A stretch of DNA of 64,000 nucleotides from an uncultured delta proteobacterium (lineage in GTDB: Bacteria > Myxococcota_A > Polyangia > Polyangiales > Polyangiaceae): the NCBI GenBank assembly GCA_963806225.1, contig CAWDXG010000004.1:4576001-4640000 (forward strand), read 5' to 3'. Of this stretch, positions 19,145 through 28,074 are shown one piece after another. Positions within the stretch are counted from its first letter, which is position 1, and each line of letters opens with the position of its first letter. The notes beneath the pieces are model-generated. The model had not been told where the DNA came from. It ran no database searches and saw only the letters and a list, made by a program, of their open reading frames with translations. A program made the translations under genes and the position numbers.

Positions 19145-20869
19145 CTACGGAGCGGAGAGCCCGGAGATGGGCCAGGGCTTCGGCGCCGGCGTGCCGCTGG
19201 TGTCGACGATCACGATTTGGTCGTGGTCCGTGTCGGCCACCAGAAGCCGCGTCGAGCTTCCGTTCGGCGGCATGACGGCCAGTCCGCCAGGATAGAAAAG
19301 GGCTGGCGGCGTCTCGTCGCCGGCGATGGTGGAGGTCACCTGCGTTGTCAGATCGAAGGCCTTGACCTTGGAGTTGTAGGTGTCGGCGATGTAGAGCGTC
19401 GTGCCGTCGATCGCGAGCCCCTGGTCGTGCTGCAACAGCGCCTTGTCCGGTGGTCCGTCGACGTCGCCCCACTTGAACAACCCCTGGCCGACGAGCGTGG
19501 TCACGTCTCCTGTCTTCAGATCGACCTTGCGCACGCTCGACGACTCGGCGTCGGCGACGTAGAGCGACGTGCCGTCCGTGGCCAGGCCGCTCGGCTGCGC
19601 GAACAGCGCGTCCGTGGCGGCGCCGTCCTCTAGCCCTTCCCCGCCGGTGCCGGCAAACCCTGCGAGGGTCTTGGCGGTGGGGTCGTAGGTCGCGATCTGG
19701 TGGGTGCCCGCGTTCGCGATGTACAGCGTGCCGTTTGCCGCCAGCAGATCCCACGGCGAGGCCAGCGCTGTGTCAGTTGCCTTGACCGCGGCGGCCAGCT
19801 TGTGGCCGCGAACGCCCGTGCCGGCGACGGTGGTGACGGTCTTGGCGGTGAGGTCGACGGCGCGGAGCAGATGGTTCTGGGTGTCTGCGACGTAGAGGGT
19901 GCTGCCCATCATCGCCAGGCCCTTCGGCCCCGAGAAGCGCGCGGATGCGTATGGACCGTCCGCGCTGCCGTCTGTCCCGTCCCCGATCACGTCGCTGACC
20001 GCGCCAGTGGCATCGGTCAACACGACGCGGTTGTGACCGGTATCGGCGATCGCGTAGCCGGTCGGGGTCGTGATGATCTTCTCCGGGCTCGCCAGCGGCG
20101 TGGCGGCGTCCTTCTCGCGGCCGAGGAACCCGAGCGGCGTGGTCGCCAGGCCGCCCTCGAGCGCCTGCTCGTGAAGCGCGGACTCGACAACGTCGTCGAG
20201 ATCCTTCAGCGACGGCTCGCCGACGAACCGCTTGACGATGCGACCGTGCGCATCCAGCACGTACAAGGTCGGCCACGCGGGAGCGCCCCAGTCGTGCAGC
20301 TCCTGGTGCTGCGCGTCGATCGCTACCGGGTGCGTGACGCCCATCTCGATCATCTGGGCGCGCACCACGTCGGGGGGCGAGTCGGCGGTGAACTTCTGCG
20401 CGTGCACGCCGATGACCAGCACCGGGTCGTTCTCGTGTTCGTGCGAGAATGTTTCCAGCGTAGCGGCGACGTGGATGCAGTTGATGCAACCGGCCGTCCA
20501 GAAGTCGATGACGAGGATGTGTCCGGTGAGTTCCTTGCCGGTAAAAGCGCGGGTCGTGTTCAGCCACCCGCCCACGTGGGTCAGGCCGGAGGCGGGGGCG
20601 AGGGCGCGCTGGTCCGGGGGCGTCAGCTGGATGGGATTGCCGTATTTTCGCGCGACGGGGGCGGGTCCGGTGACCGGAACCGCGGACCCGACGGGGTCGC
20701 CCGCGATGGCGATCGGCGCGCCCAGCGGCGCGCCGGCGTCCGATCCGGCGTCCGTGCTGTGTTGCGTGGAGTGCTGGGCCGGGGGCGAAGAGCCGCATGC
20801 GACCAGCGCCGTCATCGCCAGGATGCCGAAGAACCAGTTCCACAAGCCCGCACGCAGATCAAGCCTCAT
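19145..20869 (-). CDS. Thioredoxin-like + NHL-repeat lipoprotein (NHLRC2/SOQ1-like)
   Basis: Lipobox LVACGS; IDFWTAGCINC; IGVH..KF; AWPT; NHL repeats IADTGHNRV, VADTQNH, LASPWD, AQPSGL, IADTYNSKVK. Confidence 0.85.
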   Translation of the reverse strand: MRLDLRAGLWNWFFGILAMTALVACGSSPPAQHSTQHSTDAGSDAGAPLGAPIAIAGDPVGSAVPVTGPAPVARKYGNPIQLTPPDQRALAPASGLTHVGGWLNTTRAFTGKELTGHILVIDFWTAGCINCIHVAATLETFSHEHENDPVLVIGVHAQKFTADSPPDVVRAQMIEMGVTHPVAIDAQHQELHDWGAPAWPTLYVLDAHGRIVKRFVGEPSLKDLDDVVESALHEQALEGGLATTPLGFLGREKDAATPLASPEKIITTPTGYAIADTGHNRVVLTDATGAVSDVIGDGTDGSADGPYASARFSGPKGLAMMGSTLYVADTQNHLLRAVDLTAKTVTTVAGTGVRGHKLAAAVKATDTALASPWDLLAANGTLYIANAGTHQIATYDPTAKTLAGFAGTGGEGLEDGAATDALFAQPSGLATDGTSLYVADAESSSVRKVDLKTGDVTTLVGQGLFKWGDVDGPPDKALLQHDQGLAIDGTTLYIADTYNSKVKAFDLTTQVTSTIAGDETPPALFYPGGLAVMPPNGSSTRLLVADTDHDQIVIVDTSGTPAPKPWPISGLSAP

Positions 20870-20944
20870 CTCCGATCCGTACGGCCTGGACGCAGAGTGG
20901 TTACCGGCGCCGGCCTGGGGGGCATCGCCCCCGGTGGGCCCGGC

Positions 20945-22393
20945 TCAGAAGTGCGCCGAAACGGTTCTGGTGTGGCCTCGGGCGGCGTAGGCGCTGCGCG
21001 CGACCCGGCGACTCCCGTGCACGAACAGCACGTTGTGGTGTCCTGGCGAGACCTTCACGCCCAGTCGCGGCGTCGAGCCCAGCGGACGGCCGTCGAGCAG
21101 GACCAGCGCCGAGGGGCGCGAGTAGAAGCTGAGCTTCGCCGGGGCGTGCCAGTACGTCCGCGCGGGATGATGCACCGGAGCGGGCGCGGCTGCGGAGGGC
21201 GCCTCCTCCGGCAGCTTGGCGACTTCGGTGGCGGCTGGCGTCGGGTTCGTGGTCGCCGAGGCTGCCGGTAAGGTCGCGGGTGCCTGTGGCGCGGGCGTCG
21301 CGAGCGAAGCTGGCTTCTTTCTCAGCGTGAAGTGGACAGGAACGCTTCCGGTCACCTGCACAGGGTCGGGCGCGGCGTAGCCGGCTGCGCGGATCGACAC
21401 CCAGTGGTTCCCGCTGCTCTCCGGCAGCTCGCACGGCAGTGCACCGCACACCTCGTGGCCGTCGACGAACACCGAAGCGATGCTGATCGAGTGCTTCTGC
21501 ATGTCCGACGCCGTGACGGTCGGCGCCTGACTGGAGCCGTGCCTCGCGACCAGCACGATCGCGAGCAAGGCGCCCGCAACCAGGTAGAAGGCGATGAAGG
21601 TCAGCGCGACGTTGGACAGCCGGGGGCGCTTTTCGGCGGTCGGAGGCAGGCTGAACAGAGCGGGGGCCTGCGGCGGCGCGGAGGCGTGCACGGGCCCAGG
21701 GGGCGGCGGCGCGGAGGCATGCACCATGTTGGGCGGCGGTGGTGTCGAGGCATGCACCACCTGCGGCGGCGGTGGCGCCGAAGGATGGACTCCTCCCGTC
21801 GGCGGAGACGTGGGGGCCGAGCGAGCGCGGTCAGGTCTCGAGGGAGGGGATGTGCGGCGCACGACCACCGCCGGTTCGACGGGGAGCCGCTGCGATGGCG
21901 GAGGGAAATGCGCTTCAGCCTGTTGGGCGAAAGTCGGCAGCGGCGGCAGCGACCCCGCGGACGGCAGGGAGGAGCGCCGAGGCGGCGGAGGCGCCGAGCG
22001 CCGAGGCGGCGGAGGCGCCGAGCGCCGAGGCGGCGGAGGCGCCGAGCGCCGAGGCGGCGGAGGCGCGATCCGCGGCACTGAGGGCGGCCGCGGCAGCGGC
22101 GCGAGCGCTGGCAACGCTGCGGCGCGCGGAGGTGGCGGCGCGACCCGCGGAAAAGGAGAGATGGCGGGAACCGCTACCCGCGACGGTAGCGCGACACGCG
22201 GGAGCGGCAGCGGCGCGGCCGGTCCCTGCGGCACCGATCGGGGCAGGGTCAGGGCCCAGTCGCTGCGGGACTCCGGATCCTGCAGGATCTCGAGCGTGGG
22301 GGCGGTCCACTCCGGATCGGCCGAGTCCGGCTGCGGACGCACGAGGGTCCGGGTGACATCGTCGTCCGACCAGTCGGGGGTGAGCCAGGCCAC
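20945..22393 (-). CDS. Pro-rich single-pass membrane protein with PEGA domain(s)
   Basis: Long Pro-rich N-terminus, TM (LTFIAFYLVAGALLAIVLV), VFVDG, SRPSALVLLDGRPLGSTP...PGHH. Confidence 0.7.
   Translation of the reverse strand: MAWLTPDWSDDDVTRTLVRPQPDSADPEWTAPTLEILQDPESRSDWALTLPRSVPQGPAAPLPLPRVALPSRVAVPAISPFPRVAPPPPRAAALPALAPLPRPPSVPRIAPPPPRRSAPPPPRRSAPPPPRRSAPPPPRRSSLPSAGSLPPLPTFAQQAEAHFPPPSQRLPVEPAVVVRRTSPPSRPDRARSAPTSPPTGGVHPSAPPPPQVVHASTPPPPNMVHASAPPPPGPVHASAPPQAPALFSLPPTAEKRPRLSNVALTFIAFYLVAGALLAIVLVARHGSSQAPTVTASDMQKHSISIASVFVDGHEVCGALPCELPESSGNHWVSIRAAGYAAPDPVQVTGSVPVHFTLRKKPASLATPAPQAPATLPAASATTNPTPAATEVAKLPEEAPSAAAPAPVHHPARTYWHAPAKLSFYSRPSALVLLDGRPLGSTPRLGVKVSPGHHNVLFVHGSRRVARSAYAARGHTRTVSAHF
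21972..22066. repeat. 24-bp tandem repeat, ~4 copies (coding RRSAPPPP)
   Basis: gagcgccgaggcggcggaggcgcc at 21972, 21996, 22020 and 22044 (last copy 23 bp). Confidence 0.9.
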
Positions 22394-22749
22394 AGCAACG
22401 CGTTCCTGCGCGGGGTCCGGATCGTATCACATCGGAGTCCGTGGACGGAGCAGGCCCGACCGGGAACGCGTTTCCGCTGCTCGCCATGCGTACAGCGGTC
22501 CGGCGTCGGAGGCCCCGAGCGAAGACCCGGAACTGGTCGGCCGCACGGCGCTCTCGTCCCCGCAGCTCCCGTTCCGCTCGCCCCCCGAGAAGGTCGTGCG
22601 CGTCGACGATTACGTCCCCTGCGCGTCGCTCGATCTCTCGAAGCACGCCGGCAACGTCGAAGCGGCACTGCGCGCCGCGCGCTAGGCTCGGCGCTTGTCC
22701 AGCGAGTCCGGGCTCCTGCTCGCCGGCTCCGGATGCTCGCGTTCCCACG

Positions 22750-24036
22750 CTACTTGCAAGTACCGCCCACGCACTGCTTTCCCCCGCCGCACTTGAAGTT
22801 GCAACTTCCGCAGTTGGAGTTCGACGTCAGGCTTGTCTCGCAGCCATTGCTTTTTCCGCCGTCGCAGTCGCCCCAGCCCGAGGCGCAGGCTCCGGTGTAG
22901 GAGCACATGCCGGCCATGCAAACGCCGATCGCGTGCACGACCGAAGCGGTGCAGCTGAGGCCGCAGCTGCCGCAGTTGTTGTTATCCCCAGCGGTAAGGA
23001 CCTCGCAACCGTCGCTGGCGTCGCCGTTGCAGTTCGCGTAGCCCGACTCGCACAGCAACGAGCACTGGCCGTTCAAGCAGCTCGGCGACGCATGGTTGGT
23101 GCCACACTTGACGCCGCAGCTGCCGCAGTTGGTCGTGGTCCCCAGGTTTGTCTCGCACCCGTTGGCCAGGTTGCCGTCGCAGTTGCCCCTGCCGCTGTTG
23201 CAGCTGATGGCGCAGTTGCCGCTGACGCAAGCCGGCGTTCCGTCGATGTTGTTGCACGAGACGTTGCAGCCGCTGCAGTGGCTCGGATCCGAGGCGATGT
23301 CCTGCTCGCAGCCATTGGATGGATCCCCGTCGCAGTCAGCCCATCCCGGGTTGCACTTCAAAATGCCGCACTTGCCGTTGGTGCAACTGGGCGTCGCATG
23401 CTGAACCGTGCTGCTGCAGTCGTTGCCGCAGAAAGCGCAGTTCACCGGATCGCTGGTCACGCTGACTTCGCAACCGTCCGAGGAATCCTGGTTGCAGTCC
23501 GCCTTGCCCACCGGGCAGTTGCTGACCTTGCAGTTGCCGGAGGCGCAGTCCCAGTTGCTGGCGCTCGTGTTGCTGAAGCAGTCGTTCCCGCAACTGCCGC
23601 AGTTCTTCGGATCACTTGCGGTATTGACCTCGCAGCCGTCGCTTGTGCTGCTGTTGCAGTCGCTGAATCCCGGGTTGCAGCTCTGGATTCCACAGTCGCC
23701 GCTGTTTGCGCAATCGGCAGCGGCGTTGGCAAGGTTGCAGGGAGCGCACGACGCTTGCGCGCATCCGAACGCCGGGTTCTTCACCGACGGGCACGAGTGG
23801 CCTCCGCAGAACTTTTCCCCGGGCGCCGGAAAGCATGGGCCGCCGGCGGCGCCGCCGGTGCCGCCGGCGCCACTGGTGCCGCCGGCATCCGTTCCTCCCG
23901 CTCCGGCTCCGCCCGTTCCCGAGCCGCCGGCTGCGACGCGGTGGTCTTGTGTCTGCCTTGGGAAGGCCAGCTCGCAGCGCACCAGGGCCAGCATGGCGAT
24001 AGCTACGGCCAGCACAAATCCGGATCTACGAAACAT
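22750..24036 (-). CDS. Cys-rich repeat lipoprotein
   Basis: Signal ending LVRC; six C[ND]....[DN]GCE.......[NH]C..C repeats. Confidence 0.8.
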   Translation of the reverse strand: MFRRSGFVLAVAIAMLALVRCELAFPRQTQDHRVAAGGSGTGGAGAGGTDAGGTSGAGGTGGAAGGPCFPAPGEKFCGGHSCPSVKNPAFGCAQASCAPCNLANAAADCANSGDCGIQSCNPGFSDCNSSTSDGCEVNTASDPKNCGSCGNDCFSNTSASNWDCASGNCKVSNCPVGKADCNQDSSDGCEVSVTSDPVNCAFCGNDCSSTVQHATPSCTNGKCGILKCNPGWADCDGDPSNGCEQDIASDPSHCSGCNVSCNNIDGTPACVSGNCAISCNSGRGNCDGNLANGCETNLGTTTNCGSCGVKCGTNHASPSCLNGQCSLLCESGYANCNGDASDGCEVLTAGDNNNCGSCGLSCTASVVHAIGVCMAGMCSYTGACASGWGDCDGGKSNGCETSLTSNSNCGSCNFKCGGGKQCVGGTCK

Positions 24037-24039
24037 GTC

Positions 24040-24336
24040 GAACCTCTCGCCGCGGCATCGGAGCGGAATCTCCAGAACGTCGCCCCCACGGCGGCGACGG
24101 CGCCATGCCGAAGGTCGCGAAGCTGGCCAGTGCCGCCACGCCTACGCCGCCCAGGAGAGTGCGGGCACGGGAAGGCCGCCCTGTGGTGGTTGCGTTCCGA
24201 GGCGCCCTGCAACGGGTGTCGACAGGCACGGGTCCGCGGCGCTGGATCCCGACGGACCCTGCGCGAACGCGCTTGCGGCGCGCGTGGTGCCGAAGAGCGT
24301 CGCAATGATCCGCAGACTCCGGGTTCGTCTTTTCAT
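24040..24336 (-). pseudogene. Remnant of a secreted partner gene downstream of the kinase
   Basis: ATG 24336 overlaps the kinase stop (ATGA); signal peptide MKRRTRSLRIIATLFGTTRAASAFAQ, then LPVPAL / LLGGVGVAALASFATFG / AVAAVGATFW spread over three frames. Confidence 0.4.
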
Positions 24337-25868
24337 TGGCACACCTTCTGGAAATGCTCGATCCCGGCCGAGTCCTTGTAGGTCCGGATCCAGCACTTTG
24401 GAGCTGCGCGGTGCGCAGCATGCAGCGCGGCCTGGTGCTGGACCGCCGGAGCGGGGTGCGACACGCCCGCGTCGCCCGTATGCGCCGCCTCTGCCGATGC
24501 CGCGCCGCCGCTCCGCGCCGCGGGCTCCGCCGCGCTGGCTGCCAGAGGGGGCTCACGGGTGTCGGGAACGCTGCTCGCTGTCGAAGCCGACGAAACGGGC
24601 CTCGCTTCGGCGGTGACGGACGCGGCCGCAGCGGGCGTCGCCGCTACACTGCTTGCACCAGTGCGATGAAGCAGCAGGATCGTGAGCACCGCGGCGGCCG
24701 CCACGAACCCGCCGATCACCCCGACCGCGATGGCTATCCGCGGCACGTTCGTGGCGCGGCCGGGAGCCTTCGCCGTCGAAACGGAGATGGTCGACAGCTG
24801 CGAGGCTGTTCCGTCGCTGGCCACGGCTGCGGTGCTCCGACCCGTGTCGGGGATGCTCGGCATCGAACCGCCGCGTTCGACAGGGATACCATCGAGAGAA
24901 GCGCTTTCGATTCGGGAGACGGTCTGCGCCCGTTCCGCCAGCAGATCTCCGACGAGCCCCTCTATCCACTCCGACACCCTGGACGGGCTGGCGATCGGAA
25001 TGCACTGCTCCAGCGCCTTCGCCATCGCCCGGGCGCTCTCGAACCGCCGTGTCCGATCGCGAGCCAGCGCGCGAAGTACGATCGAGTCGAGCGCCGGCGG
25101 CAGACCCCGCACCAACTCACTCGGCGCCAGGATCTGTTGCTGCAGCACGCTCGTTACGATCGAGCCGGCATTGTCTCCGGCGAACAGCCGCCTCAGTGTG
25201 AGCATCTCCCAGAGCACGACACCCGACGCGAACACGTCGGTACGGCGGTCGACCCCTTCCGCGCGCAGCTGCTCGGGCGACATGTAGGATAGCTTGCCCT
25301 TGAGCTGCCCGTCGCGCGTGTGGTGACTGTGTCCGGCGGCTTTCGCGACGCCGAAGTCAAGGACGCGCGGCACGCCGTCGGCACCGACGAGGATGTTCTG
25401 GGGGCTGACGTTGCGATGGACCACGTCGAGCGGGTTGCCGCGCTCGTCCGTCGCTTCGTGCGCAGCGTGCAGGCCGTGCAGGGCTCCGCAGAGGATGGCG
25501 GACAGGATGTCGAGTGGGATCTGTTGCCGCCGGGAGAGGACAGTCCGTACGAGGCGCGCCACCGATTCGCCCTGCACGTACTCCATCACCAGGAAGAGCT
25601 CGTCGTCGATGGCCACCACATCGAGCGTGGGGACGACGTTCGGGTGCCGGATGCGGCCGGCGAGCCGCGCTTCGTCGAGGAACATCCGCACGAAGTCCGG
25701 GTCCCTGGCGAACTGCGGGTGCAGCCGCTTGATCGCGACCGTGCGGGAAAAGCCCGCGGAACCCAGCAGGCGGCCGTAGTGCACGGTGGCCATGCCCCCG
25801 GTCGCGATCTCGCCGTACAACGCGTAGCGCCCTAGAACGAGCGGCGACGATTGCGACAAGGCAGGCAT
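24333..25868 (-). CDS. Hanks-type Ser/Thr kinase, membrane-anchored, with HRN in place of HRD (candidate pseudokinase)
   Basis: IATGGMATV, VAIK, VVHRNVSPQN, DFG, YMSPEQ; TM helix; C-terminal C..RTYKD..GI.HF...C motif. Confidence 0.9.
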   Translation of the reverse strand: MPALSQSSPLVLGRYALYGEIATGGMATVHYGRLLGSAGFSRTVAIKRLHPQFARDPDFVRMFLDEARLAGRIRHPNVVPTLDVVAIDDELFLVMEYVQGESVARLVRTVLSRRQQIPLDILSAILCGALHGLHAAHEATDERGNPLDVVHRNVSPQNILVGADGVPRVLDFGVAKAAGHSHHTRDGQLKGKLSYMSPEQLRAEGVDRRTDVFASGVVLWEMLTLRRLFAGDNAGSIVTSVLQQQILAPSELVRGLPPALDSIVLRALARDRTRRFESARAMAKALEQCIPIASPSRVSEWIEGLVGDLLAERAQTVSRIESASLDGIPVERGGSMPSIPDTGRSTAAVASDGTASQLSTISVSTAKAPGRATNVPRIAIAVGVIGGFVAAAAVLTILLLHRTGASSVAATPAAAASVTAEARPVSSASTASSVPDTREPPLAASAAEPAARSGGAASAEAAHTGDAGVSHPAPAVQHQAALHAAHRAAPKCWIRTYKDSAGIEHFQKVCQ

Positions 25869-26453
25869 ATTCGGAAGACTCCGGGTCGGTTAGTCTATCG
25901 TTTGCGAGACAGCTTCGTCCACCCAGCCGCCCGGCCGCGTTTTCGAGGGGAAAACCGGGCCATCTTCGGGACAGCATTGCTGGGAGATCGTTGCTGTTGC
26001 TTCCCTGCAACAGCTCGCGTCACAGGTCCGATCACACTGCCGCGGTGCGCCGTGCGAAAGAGCCTGCACGCTCTTCCGCGTAGGCCTCCCCGGTTGCCCC
26101 CCCTCGTCGCTCCTCGGGGCCTTCCGGCCCCTGCGGGGCGCCGGTCCCCCCCAAGGCCGGGCTCCGCCCGTCCGGGCGGGACAGTCGCTGGCACGCTCGC
26201 TGCCAGAGGGCCATTCATGACCCTCTCTTCGCGTCCCTTTTCGTTCACGATGCTGCCCAGACACAAATTGGATTGATCGCACTCGCGGGCGGCTCGGGTG
26301 TGCGAGAGCAATGTGGCTGGTCGGCTGAACGCGCCATCCGCATGAGCGATCCGGTGATGGAGAACGAGCGGCCGGAGTACTCCGTGGGCTGCGTTCGCAG
26401 GACCTTACCGATCCCGCCGAAGCTGCGCTAGACTCCGCGGCCGGGCTCGCAAC

Positions 26454-28027
26454 ATGACGACGGACGGCACCGAGGGAACCGGACGCGCCTCCACAGGCGG
26501 CATGGAAGGCCAGACCGTTGCCGGAAAATACGAGCTGGTGCGCCTGCTCGGCGCCGGCGGGATGGGCGCGGTCTACGAGGGGCGGAACCTGGTCACGTTC
26601 AAGCGCTGCGCGATCAAGCTGTTGCTGTCGCCCGAGCTTGGTCAGAACGAGCAGATCGTCAAGCGCTTCTTCCGCGAGGCGAAGGCCAGCAGCGTGATCG
26701 AGAGCGATCACGTGGTCCAGATCTTCGACTCCGGTGCCGACCCCCAGACGGGCTACCCGTACATGGTCATGGAGATGCTCGCCGGCGAGGATCTGGAGGG
26801 CACGCTGAGTCGCATGGGGCCGCTCGATCCGCTGGTCGCGGCCAAGCTCGTGCTGCAGGCCACAATGGGCCTGGCCAAGGCGCACGAGGCCGGGATCATC
26901 CATCGTGACATCAAGCCGGCAAACCTGTTTCTGACCCAGCGCGACTCGGGCGAGCTCGTCCTCAAGATCCTCGACTTCGGGGTGGCCAAGGTCGTGATGG
27001 AACAGTTCGCGGAGACCTCCCACGGCTTGACGCGGACTGGGTCGATGCTCGGCACTCCCTTGTACATGTCGCCGGAACAGGCCAAGGGCGCGTCGGGCAT
27101 CGATGCTCGCAGCGATGTGTGGTCGCTCGGCGTCGTGATGTACGAGCTTCTGTCGGGGAGCTTGCCGTTTCCGGATGCGAACTCGCTGGGCGAACTGATG
27201 GTGAGCATCATCACGGCCGATATCCCGCTCTTGCAGGACCTCGCACCCTGGGTGCCGCCCGAGCTTGCGGAGATCGCGCACCGCGCCATGTCGCGCAACA
27301 TCGACATGCGCTACGCGAACGCTGGCGCGTTCCGCGACGCGCTCGGCGCGCTGGTGCCCGACGGCCCGCGCATCGATCCGACAATGATGCAGTCGGTCGG
27401 CGATCAGCATCGTGCCTACGTAGCGCCGCGCCTCCAGCTCACCGACGACGGCATGCTCCGTGCGACGACGCGCACCGGTCTCAGCACCACGGCCCACACG
27501 CCGCCACCGAAGAAGTCCGCGGTGCCCGCTGTGGTTGCGTCGGTGATCGGGCTCGCCGTGCTCGGCATCGGCGGAGCAGCGGCCTACAAGCTCACACGGC
27601 CGCCGCCGCGGGCTGCACCGTCGGCGTCGGCTCCGCCTCCGGTTGTGCTCAAGTCGGATCTGCCGAGCGCGTCGCCCGCCACGCCCACCATCAAGAAATT
27701 CAAGCTCGAGGTGGGCCCGGACGACGTGTCCGTCAGCGTCGACGGCGAGAAGCGCGACGTGACGGAGCACACGGTGGAGCTCGCCGGATCCCCGGCGCTA
27801 CGCGGAAGGTCAAGCTCACGCTCGGAAAGAAGAGCATCGAGCAGGTCGTCGCCATCACCGAGACCGGGCTGCTGCCGCCGAAGCTCGAGATGGAGCACAA
27901 GGAGAAAGCCGCTAATCCTGTGCACGTCGCTTCGAAGAGCAAGACCGCGCCGAAGCCCGCCACCTCCAAGCCGCCGCACAAGAACACACCCCAGATCGCC
28001 AAGGACCTCGGAGAGTTCGGCAACTGA
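26454..28027 (+). CDS. Hanks-type Ser/Thr kinase with TM and PEGA-like tail (apparent frameshift ~27790)
   Basis: LGAGGMGAVY, CAIK, HRDIKPAN, DFG, GTPLYMSPEQ; after VSVDG the frame continues as PGATRKVKLTLGKKS... to the stop at 28027. Confidence 0.88.
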
Positions 28028-28074
28028 TGCGCCTACGCGCAAGCTCGCACCTACCCGTTGTCAGGGAGACACGG

